From contig JBHGNT010000014.1 in assembly GCA_043228905.1 (NCBI GenBank), positions 744,001 through 808,000 of the forward strand: a stretch of 64,000 bases of DNA, written 5' to 3'. Each line of letters opens with the position of its first letter. Position 1 is the stretch's first letter. The notes below the pieces were generated by a model. That model did no database searches. It saw only the letters and a list, made by a program, of their open reading frames with translations, and was not told the DNA's origin. Position numbers and translations under genes: made by a program. Source of the stretch: Azolla caroliniana (Eukaryota > Plantae > Polypodiophyta). Below, in pieces: positions 25,501 to 36,600 of the stretch.

Positions 25501-28461
25501 CCACGCAAGGAACCGAGGAAACAGTTCACGCGCAAAGAGAAGGGGAAGAGGAAGATGCCGGAATTCGAAACCGGCAACGATGAGTCGGATCGGTGCGTAT
25601 CCGACTCCGGAAAGGAGAAAGGCAGATCTTCGGCAACGAAGACCGAACTGGCCAAGAAGGGCCTCAAATCGGGTGACGGTGCGTTGCGCCGATCAACCCG
25701 TCAGAAGGATCCCGTCATGCGGTACGGGTACAATGAATACATGGCGCATCATTATGCGTACATGACTAAGGTGACAGAAGTGCGTGAGCCGGAGAGCTAC
25801 GCAGAAGCGGCAAAGGACGCAAATTGGCGTGCCGCTATGGACGAAGAAATGCGGGCACTCGATGCCAACGAAACTTGGGACATAGTTGATCCTCCCCATC
25901 ACTGTAAACCGATCGGATGCAAGTGGGTGTACAAGGTCAAGTACAACGCCGACGGTTCTGTTAACCGGTACAAAGCCCGGTTAGTGGCGAAGGGATACGC
26001 GCAGACCCACGGAATCGACTATGACGAGACCTTCGCTCCTGTGGCGAAGATGACGACGGTTCGTGTGGTACTGGTGGTTGCTGCGGCAAGGGGGTGGCAT
26101 CTTCACCAGATGGATGTGAAGAACGCCTTCCTTCAAGGAGAGCTTGAAGAAGAAGTCTTTATGACTCAGCCCCCCGGATTTCAATCGGAGATGAACAAGT
26201 CAGCGGTATGCCAACTAAAGAAATCGCTTTACGGCTTGAAGCAAGCCCCCCGAGCCTGGAACGCGAAGATCACGCACCGGTTGCGTAAGCTGGGGTTTGC
26301 TGTCTCTAAGTCGGACTCTTCGTTGTTCATCCGGCAAGGCTCTGACAGTCCGGTATGTATACTCTTGTATGTGGATGATTTAGTCATCACCGGACCGGGT
26401 CTTCCCGAAATCAACCGCGTCAAGTCCCAGTTGTCGGACGCATTCGAAATGAAGGACTTGGGGGACCTTCATTATTTTCTTGGGATCAAAGTGATCCGGA
26501 CCCCCGACGGCATATTGCTCTCACAACGACATTACGTGTTGAATATGCTGTATAAGTTCAGCATGACGGATTGTCGATCTGTCTCCACACCCCTGGACCG
26601 GAACCAGAAGCTCCGTCCCAACTCCGGACCGGCCTGCAATGAGAAACGGTTCCGACAGGTGGTCGGAAGCCTGATTTACTTAACCATCACCCGACCCAAC
26701 ATCAGCTATCCGGTCGGCATGGTAAGTCAGTTCATGCAGAAGCCGACCGTGGAGCACCTTCAGTGCGCGCAACGAATATTACGGTATGTCAGCGGCACTA
26801 AGGACCAGGGACTGCTATACCGGCGAGGTATACCCGAAGAGCTTGTCGGTTACACAGATGCTGATTGGGCCGGCGATGCGTCTGATCGCCGCTCCACTTC
26901 CGGATACATGTTCTCCATAGGTAGCGCGGCCGTTGCGTGGAGCAGCAAGAAGCAGCCCACAGTGGCTTTGTCAAGCATTGAGGCTGAGTACCAGGCCGCT
27001 ACCGTTGCCACTTGTGAAGCCATCTGGCTTCGGCGACTGTTGCGGGACTTGCGGATCGAGGTACCGACCCCGATCCCGATTTACTGCGATAACATGAGCA
27101 GCCTACAGCTCGCAAGGAACCCTGTGTTCCATGCTCGCACAAAGCACATCGAGGTGCACTACCACTTCGTGCGTGAGCGGGTCCTGAGCGGTGAAGTTGA
27201 CCTACGGTATGTTCATACGGATCGGCAAGTAGCCGACATCTTCACCAAGCCGCTCGGATCGGACAAGTTGCAGCACCTTACCGACATGCTTGGTATTCAG
27301 CATCTCGACGTGCCGCACTTGAGGGGGAGAAGCAAGGGCAAAGTCTCTATCGAAACGGGCAAAGGCGAGAAAACTGTTGAACCCGTCGGTAAGAGGAGAG
27401 CCGGAAGGAGAGGAGACAAGAAGATGAAGGAAGCCGAGTCGACGAAGGAAGTCGACACATCCGAACAGGTCGGAGCAAGCGGCTGTGAAGAAGAGTTGTG
27501 CACTCAGGAAGAGAAGTGCATGCTGTGCGGAGGTCATCATGACGGTACTAACCATGATGCGGAGTCGAATGAAGAATTCGATTTCGGTTCACCGGCTGAA
27601 GAAGCCGAGGGAAGCATGGAGAAGGCCAAGACTCGGAAGTGGTCCGATGTGGTGAGAGGCCTGAAGCCGGAAGTCGAATCGAAGTGTACCGATTCGGACA
27701 AGAGCTGGAACGAGTCGGAGACAGCTGACTCGAATCAACAGATGGATCTGGACGAGTCGGATCGTCTGAAGGCCAAGGGGACACGGACACAGCGGAAGTC
27801 GATGCCATCGTGGGAGAACCGACAGATCGGCAAGCACCGGAGTCACAGCAACGTGAGTGCTGAGATGGGCCTATTGAGCAGACATGCCGACCAAGAGGGT
27901 CGAGGCGCGCAGAACCAAAGGGGTCGCGGCAAACGGGACCAGACCGGACGAGGAGCGCGAGCAAGGCGGAGTGACGCCAGGAGAAGTCGGTTGGAAGAAC
28001 CGACTGCCACAGAGGTCGACACTACGACCCCACCTCAGGTTGAGCTTGAGGGGGAGTGTTGAGCGGCAAGCTCAACCCGAGCCGGATCGGCTGAATAAGC
28101 CGGAGCCGGTAAGCGAGACGGATCGGGCGAAACGGATCGGTATGACGATGAGCAACCGAACCGGCAAGTAGTGGAGGCCGGGTGCAATCTGTAACCGGAA
28201 GTCCAATCGGAAGCCTAGTATAGGATAGACTACTAGGTAGCTATAGTCTCGTAGTAAGTGTCAGATGCTCGTGTGAGCATTGAAGTACATGGTACTTCTG
28301 TCAGTCCCAAGAGGACTTGTATAAATAGTGCTACTAAGCACAGTGTGTATATATGTTTTCGATATAATTTTGAAATTACGTTCTGCTCTCTCTCTCTCTC
28401 TCTCTCTATGTGTGTGTGTGTTGTTCTCTGTTCTACGCTTCCGCAAACACTCACGTTCACA
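22515..28461 (+). mobile_element. Full-length Ty1/copia element A3 (Bryco/RLC5-like)
   Basis: LTRs at 22515-22925 and 28057-28461 (two substitutions plus a TC-microsatellite length difference, by eye). PBS TGGTATCAGAGC at 22926, PPT GAGGGGGAG, TSD GGTTC. Confidence 0.96.
23020..28062 (+). pseudogene. A3 gag-pol polyprotein, disrupted by two stops and two frameshifts in its 5' part
   Basis: CCHC CWYCGKKGHRESEC, PR YVDSGA, INT HSDVWGP/SDGGKEY, RT YVDD, RH GYTDADWAG, and a C-terminal extension that ends inside the 3' LTR. Confidence 0.92.
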
Positions 28462-31400
28462 GGTTCTCATGCAAGGAATCCATCTCATCCTGCATGGCAC
28501 TTAACCATTTGCGGTTGTGGGTGTCATCCTTCGCCTCTACGAAGCTTTCTGGCTCCCCCTCATCGGTTAGCAGCACATGCTCTGCATCCGGAAATCTCCG
28601 GGGGGCCTTCTCTCTCTGAGAGGATATCTCCGTCTTTGGGCTTCGGTAACCGGCTCCTCCATTTGCTCTTCATCTGAATCCGATTCGGGGTCTTGACCGG
28701 TTCCGGTTTCAGCTTCCTCTACTTCTTCTTCTGCCGGTTCGGTATCCTCACCGTAACCGGCCGGTTCCTCGAGTGCTAACCGGTCTCTTGTTGGTTGGGT
28801 CTGCTCATCGTAGAATCGATCCTTACCGGTCGACTCGGAGTTCATTATCTTCTTCTCCAACTCCCAGTCGGCGAGCGTCTTGTCCTCCATGAAGATAATA
28901 TCTCGACTCCGGAATACCTTCTTGTCGACCAGGTCCCACACTCGGTAGCCGAACTCATTGTCGCCGTAACCGAGGAATATGCATGGCCGGGTCTTTGGAT
29001 CTAACTTTCCTCTCCGGTCCTTAGCTACATGCACGTACGCAAGACACCCGAATACCTTCAGATGCCGGTAGGACACTTCCTTACCGGTCCAGACTCTCTA
29101 TGGCATGTCTCTGTCCAAGGGTACTGAGGGTGATCTATTTATCACATATGTCGTCGTCGATAGTGGCTCAGCCCAAAACTTCTTGGGTAGTTTTGCATGC
29201 ACCAGCATACTCCGGACCCTCTCCATTATGGTCTGGTTCATCCTCTCGGCCAGCCCGTTTAGTTCTGGCGTCTTCGGCATGGTAAATTCGAGCCGGATTC
29301 CCTTCGAGCAACAATACTCCTCGAACTGCCCCTGGTATTCACCTCCGTTATCTGCACTTATAACCCTTTTGCTCGTCCGAATAGCCGACTAAGATACACT
29401 TCTCAGCTTTCGCGTCCAACTTCCTTCGTTTCTCCTTCGGCACATGCACATACGCAATGCTACCGAAAACTCTCAAGTGTCGTGGATTCGTCTTCCTTCC
29501 GAAATACAGCTCATGCGCCAACACTTTGTCTCCGATCCGATTTTGGATGTCCACCGCGGTTCATACCACCTCAACCCAATAGAACTTGGGCAATCTCTTT
29601 CCTTCTTCCAGCATTGCCCACGCCGCTTCCACAACCGACCGATTTTTCCTTTCGGCCACGCCGTTTTGCTCCGGTGTATATCTGCAACTGAATTTGCGCC
29701 GAATTCCCATCTAATGCAAATACCTGTTGAATTGACCAGAAAAGTACTCTTTTCCGCCATCCAACTGCAGGCACTTGATCTTTCTTTCTGATTCCCTTTC
29801 GACAAAACTCTTGAGGTCCCGAAAACAATCGAAGACTTCAATCTTTTTCTCAATGAGGTAGATCCACGTGTGCCACATATAGTTGTCGATGAAGGAGACA
29901 AAATATCAACTCCCACCAAGATTAACGTTCTGTGTTGGTCCCCATACATCGGAATGTATCAAGTCGAGCTTGTTCCGGCTCCGGTTACACTCGTTAGGGA
30001 AGGGAAGTCAGTGTTGCTTTCCTAGCTGGCAAGCTTCACAAATTTGTGCCTTCTGGCCACTAAATTTGGGCAATCCGAACACCGCCTGTTTCGATTGCAG
30101 GTCCAGAAGCCGTTGATAGTTGACGTGGCCTATCCGCTTGTGCCATAAGTCGATATCCGACTCGACTTTTTGTCCTTTCGCAAACATTGCGGTGCCACCT
30201 TCACTAGAGTCGAGGATAAACATCCTCCCATCTCTGCGCCCTTGCGCAATAACTTGGCCTTCTTCCTCGATGAAGCACCCGAGATGCGTAAACCAAACCT
30301 GCATCCCCTGGTCGACAATATGTCTGACTGACACCAAGTTCTTCATGATTGTCGGAACGTGTAACATGTTCATGAGTTTCCCTTTCTGCCAGACATGGCT
30401 CAAGGGAACTTCACCGACATTCGCGATCGAATGCGGAGTGTCGTCTCCGGTTGTGACTACTACTCCCTGTTGCCTCGGTTTTTCCAGGTACGAGAACCAG
30501 TCCTTGTGGCACGTTATGTGGTTTGACGCGCCGGAGTCGACGTACCACACCTCGTCCGACTTCCGGGTGATCTTCTTCATCGAGTTTGCTTCGTGTCTCG
30601 TCACAAAGGCTTACCCTTTTCCAGCTTTTCCAGATCCTTCGGCGTAGTGCGATCACTGCCGATTTCCTTTGTTGGTCTGTCCGGACCCGGTTCTCTCCGA
30701 ATCGACACGCTTTCTCCAGCACTCGCTCTCCCTGTGGCCTTTCTTGCCACAATACCAGCATTCCGTGGTGGATTTCCCTTGCTGGTTCTCATCACCTCGA
30801 CACCCCCTTGTTTCCGAAGGGTCCGGAATTGCTAGCGACATCACTTCGATGCCTTCTTCCTTGGTCCCGTCGGCCGCCTCCATTGCGCACCGACTCGCCT
30901 CGTCCGCCACGTCCACGGGACCTATCTCCCTCCATGTACAGCATCTTGTTGTCAATGTGCGTGCTCGTTGACGCACTCGCGTGGTTCTCCTCTATAAGGA
31001 GCATCGACTATGGGTCGAAAAAGGACGGTGTGTTCTCCCGTGTATACACAGGGGTTCGGAATGCTCCAAACTTTGACGCCAATCCCCTGAGACAGATTTG
31101 CACCATCTCGCCTTCCTCGACGTTCACATCGATAGAGGCTAAGGAGTCTTATATCTCTTTGATCTTTGAGGTGTAATCAGCCACCGACAAGTCACGTTGT
31201 CGTAAGTTGCTCAGCTCCTGTCGGAGTTAAAGCTTCCTGGTTGTGGTGCTTGCGATGAAAATCTTCTTCAGATTTCCCCAAGCCTCTTTCGGCGTTTTCG
31301 CATCCCAAATGTAGCTTAGAAGTTGTTCGCCCACACAAGACGCGAAGCAATAGAGGACTCTGCTCGCTGACTATACCCAAGCTGGGAAGTCTTTGTGTGT

Positions 31401-31998
31401 CGAATCGGGTGCTATGTCATTTGCTTCGTCGACATAGCTCCAGTAACCATGCCTGAGCAGATACTGGTGCATCTTGTAAAACCAAGACGTGTAGTTGTTT
31501 TTGTCAAGCTTCTCTGTCGGAAGTGAGCTAGCCATGCCTCTATCCATCGGTTTTACCGGTTCTTCTTGGTTGGTTTTCCTTTCAACCTATATCGGTTGTA
31601 GAGGTTCTCAACCCTCGCGCTCTAATACCATGTAGAAATAATAGCATGCGGAAGCAAGTAGAAAACCGAACACAGAAATGCAGGTTTAATGGAGAGCTTG
31701 AATGTACACAGTACGCGGGAGAGACAGACAGAGGGAATACACAAAACTCAATTCAAAAATAATACTCAGTTTGTACATTCTTCGTGCTCAGTGAGCACCT
31801 TTTATACAAGCATTGACTATCGGGCTGACACAAGTATTGTCAGTACTTGAATGCTCATAAATGAGTCTACTACACTAACTCCCAAAATTATTCCTTACGA
31901 GGAATACCATACTAACAGCCTTCCGGTTTACGCACCGATACGGCCACGTTATGCGTACTGTTTTACAGACCCAGTCTACGCATTGGGTTACACACCAT

Positions 31999-33591
31999 TG
32001 TCGTGAAGTACAAAAGTTTCATATTAAAAGTTTACAATAAGATAAATACGTAACTAAAATAACATTTGATAATGTTTTATATATAAAGATAATATTAACA
32101 ACACATATGATAATATTATATATATGTAAAGAAAAATTATATATATATATATAGATAGATAGATAAATATATTATATTACATGTAACAATTGGTAACGGT
32201 TCAGTTCGGTTCGGTTTGAGAAGGTCCAAACCGAACCGGTTTGGAACCAAACCATTTAGGAATGTTGAAACCTGAACCGAACCGAACCGAACCGCGAAAC
32301 CTTTAAACCGAACCGTTAAACATTTTTCAAACCGTTAAACCTTTAAACCGTAAAAACCGCGGTTTTGTGGTTCGGTTTCTGTTTTCAACATAGGTCAAAT
32401 TTATTTTTATTTATTTTTAAATTTATAATATTTCATTTTTTAAAATTTTTAAAATTTTTAAGATGTTCCTAAAATGTGAGAATAAGAGTAAAAATGAAAA
32501 GATTGTTTAAAAAAAAAAAAATTAATGTTTTAGAATTTTTTTCAAATTTTTTAAATTTGTTTAAAAAAAATTAAAAACCGTTAACCTGTTTAAACCACGG
32601 TTTTTTACTGTTGAAACCAAACCGAAACCGAACCGAGCCGTTAATAAAACCTAAACCTGAACCAAACCGTTGAAACCGTTAAGCCGCGGTTCAGTTCAAA
32701 CCGAACTGTTGCCAATTGTTAATTACACGAACAAGAGAGGACTTGAACCAATAACCCCACCCTATGACTTTCAAATCTTACCATTTACTATATACTAATA
32801 ATATATATAAAATAAAGGATTTGCTTCATGATATAAAAACGACGTTACATGTTGTAAATTCAATAATATTTGAGAGACTCAAACCCACAACCTCATATAC
32901 CAAAGTCAACACACCTACCATTAAGCTAGGTCCTTTGTTCTTAAAAGGATATATTTTCATGTTTATTCTTATGCTATATATTTTTTCATACATGAAAGCT
33001 CAAATCAACGAGATGCCTATCATGCAACACATGCATTTCATGCACTACATGCATGACTTGTACCCTCCAATGCATCATATGCATGGGGACACCTATTTAA
33101 ATGGTGAAAGAGAAGATGGAAGGGGGAAGAGGTATGAGATATCAATCAAATATATTACATAAGAGATACCATAAAATAGGGAAAGAAAGGAAGAAGTTCA
33201 ACATAAAGGTGGAGCTCTAGCTTGGCGATCGTGGTGGTCAACTCTCAACAAGAGGGAGGCGGTTCGAGCCTTATCTTCATCAAAATATTGAAGTGAAGAT
33301 TGTTGTGGCCTACTATCAAGAAGGAGAAGAACGATTATCTTGTGACACCAAGTTCGAAGAATCAACGATGCTTACAACCACTTTTGTAACTCTTTCATCA
33401 AATAATTATAAATCTCTTTTATTCCTTCAAATATCATTCAATATCCTATCTTGTCATATCTTGTTGATCTCTATTTACTCTATCTCTACTCTTTCGTCTC
33501 TTTCGTCCATAATCCCAGCGATTCCTTCCTCACTTTCACGATATCTTTTGTCTACGCAACGCTACGCTTCTAGGCAAGCCACACCACGACA
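31999..33591 (+). mobile_element. Solo LTR of an AT-rich Ty3/gypsy family (RLG1-like), carrying a MITE
   Basis: Runs TGTCGTGAAG...CACCACGACA. The flanks CCAT and CTGT can both be derived from CCGT. It shares GGATTTGCTTCAYGATATAAAAA and tRNA-like modules with the LTR at 18744-19616. Confidence 0.85.
32184..32721. mobile_element. hAT-type non-autonomous DNA transposon (MITE)
   Basis: Imperfect TIRs TAACAATTGGTAACGGTTC / GAACTGTTGCCAATTGTTA, an 8-bp TSD ATTACATG / ATTACACG, and dense subterminal AACCG/CGGTT repeats. Confidence 0.88.
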
Positions 33592-33629
33592 CTGTATTAC
33601 GCACTCAATGTTGAGCTTGTCACTCAACA

Positions 33630-36600
33630 GAACCGAAAGAGAAAACATATTTGTAAATATGTTTTGAGTAAGCCTATTCAGGCTATATTTGTAAATAGCC
33701 CTAAGTTCATATGAGTATAAATATGACCTACGGCAATGACAGAAGATGGTTGTCATATTGTTGTATGTGCATAGCTGTTGTATAGAGAGAGAGAGAGAGA
33801 GAGAGAGATACAGAGTGATACTCTGTTGGCTGCTTGGCGAAGATACAGAACTCGAGGTCGTTGCCTCCGAGTCTCTGATTGTACCTTTCTTATATAGTGA
33901 TAGTTTGGAGCCTGTGGGCTCCCGCGGTTTTTCCCAATTAGGGTTTTCCATGTAAACATCCTGTGTACTCTCTATTGTTCGTGTGTGTACGTGTACTAAT
34001 CTCTAACCCCATTTCTATGTTTGATTCTCATTGAAGTGATTCAAGACTCCGTTGTGGCTGAGCAATATTCCGCGCTATTTCCTTCAAACTGGTATCAGAG
34101 CGAACAACACAGGAAATGGAAGAATTGTTCGGCAGCATGTTCAAGCTCATTGGCTCCAACTACTCAATGTGGAAGTCGAAGATGAGGGATATGTTGGTGG
34201 TTAAAGATCTTTGGTTGCCAGTTCAGTTCGGGGACAAGAGACCGGATAAGATCGACGCCACAGTGTGGGAGGTGATGCACATGAAGATGACGGCATACAT
34301 CCAGTGCTTCATTGACATGAGTGTGTACAACAATTTCAATGAAGAGAGCAAGGCTCATGAACTCTAGGAGAAGATCGGCATCATGTTCCAAAACAAGAAT
34401 GTATTCCGGAAGCTAGTGAGGCTCCGGTACCAGGACGGCTCCAGTATGGCGGAGCACATGAATGCCTTTCAGGGACTAATAAACCAAGAAACCTTGTTGG
34501 AAGTACCTCTCGCTGATGAGGTACTCGCATTACACCTGCTCGGTTCCCTCCCAGATAGTTGGGATATGCTAGTTGTCACATTGGGCAACGCCAGACTGAA
34601 AGGAAAACAGTTGTCCCTAGCAAGGGTAAAATCAAGCTTGCTAGATGAAGAAGCTCGCCGAAAGGACCGGGAGTCTGGAACCAATCCGAAGGGCTTGGTT
34701 ACCGAAGATGACCACAACAGGGGAAGAGGCCGGTATCGGAGTCCCCAAAACCGGGACAAATCGGGGACAAGGTCGAAGTCAAGGGGGAGGCCCACTTGCT
34801 TCTACTGTGGGAAGCCGGGGCACTTCTAGAAGAATTGTCGGCACTTCCGGAAAGAGAAAGGAACCGACAGTGCCGATTCGAAGAACGGTTCGGACCGGAA
34901 AGGGTCGGATCGGAAGGGAACGTCGGCAATCGCGACAAGTGAAGAAGAACTTATGCTCATTACCGAGGAGAATGAGTTGAACCTTGTCGACGACGAGACA
35001 ACGCGAGTTGTTGATTCTGGAGCATCGTTCCATCTTACACCGGACCAGAGATGCTTCTCATCCTACACATCCGGAGATCGTGGTTGTGTCCGGATGGGGA
35101 ATGAAGGTACATGCCGAATTGTTGGCATAAGAGATGTGTCGTTGACAACATCAACCGGATACAAGTTGCTGCTGAAGGATGTCTAACACATTCCGGAGGT
35201 TTGACTGAACCTAATATTAGCCTGACGGCTAGATGGCAAAGGCTACATGGGTAGCATCCGGAACGGAGTCATGAAATTCAACAAAGGAAGCCTGATCATG
35301 GCTCAAGCCTAGAAGATCAAAACATTGTACCTGAAAAATGACCGGATATGCGAGGAAGAAGTGAACATAGCATCCAACACTGCTGGTGAGTTATGGCACA
35401 AGAGACTGTGTCATATGAACCAGAAGGGGATGAGAAGACTTGATGAAGACAACCTCATTCTGGAGGTGAAAGACGTGCATCTTGAGAAGTGCATCGATTG
35501 CTTAGCCGGCAAGCAAAACCGAACCTCCTTCCGGTCAAGACCACCGATGAGATGGAATGCACCACTGGAGCTGGTGCATACCAATGTGTGTCAAGTGGAC
35601 AGGAAGTCACATGCCGGATCGCAGTACTTCGTGACGTTCATAGACGACAACAGCCGGAAGTTGTGGGTCTCACCGTTGAAGACAAAGGATCAGGTGTTAT
35701 CCGTCTTCAAGGAGCTCCATGCAAGAGTGGAAAGAACAACCGGCCGAAAGCTGAAGGCGGTTCGAGCAGATAACGGGGGAGAATACTAGGGGCAGTTCGA
35801 GGAGTATTGGCGGTCGAAGGGAATCCGGCTCGAATTCACCGTGCCGAAGACGCCGGAATTGAATGGGCTGGCCAAACGGATGAACTGGAACGTGATGGAG
35901 AGAGTCTGGAGCATGCTGGCACATGCAAAGTTACCCAAGACGTTCTGGGCTGAGGCATTGATGACAGCAATCTATGTGATAAACAGATCACCCTCAGTAC
36001 CCTTGGATGGAGACACACCACAGCGAGTATGGACTGGTAAGGACATGACTTACTGGCATCTGAAGGTGGTCGTGTGTCTCGCATATGTGCATGTTGGTAA
36101 GGACAAGAGAGCAAAGCTGGATCCGAAGTCCAGACCATGCATATTCCTTGGATACGGTGATGATGAGTTCGACTACCGAGTGTGGGATTTGGTCAACAAG
36201 AAGGTGTTCCGGAGTTAGGACATAGTCTTCATGGAAGGCAAGACCATTGCCGACTGGGAGTCGAAGAAGAAGATGATGAACTCCAGATCATCCAATGAAA
36301 ACCGGTTTGAGTACACAAGGACCTACCCGGTTGAAAACCAGATGACACTCAATGAACCGGCTGGATACGGACAAGAAACCAAACCGACCGAAGAAGAAGA
36401 AGAAGAAGAAGACACCATAACCGGACAAGATCCCGAATCAGATTCGGATGAGGAACAACGGAGGAACCGGTAGTCAGAAACCAAGGACGGAGATATCCTC
36501 TCCAAGAGAGAAGAGCCCCCCAGAGATTTCCAGATGCAGAGCACGTATTGCTGACCGATGAGGGGGAGCTAGAAAGCTTCGAAGAAGCAAAGAAAGACAT

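Larger units (their letters stand above)
19674..29354 (-). mobile_element. Ty1/copia element B3 (Tork/Tnt1-like), 3' half
   Basis: 3' LTR at 19674-20339 and PPT at 20340-20357. RH/RT/INT on the minus strand (YVDD; ADNGGEY at ~29340). It is interrupted by B4 and A3, and its 5' half is replaced by a fusion to A4. Confidence 0.9.
29355..33629 (-). mobile_element. Ty1/copia element A4 (Bryco-like), 5' half
   Basis: 5' LTR at 31631-33629, split by a solo gypsy LTR. PBS at 31619-31630, gag ATG at 31547, and PR/INT running to KGYKC at ~29355, where it fuses to B3. Confidence 0.9.
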
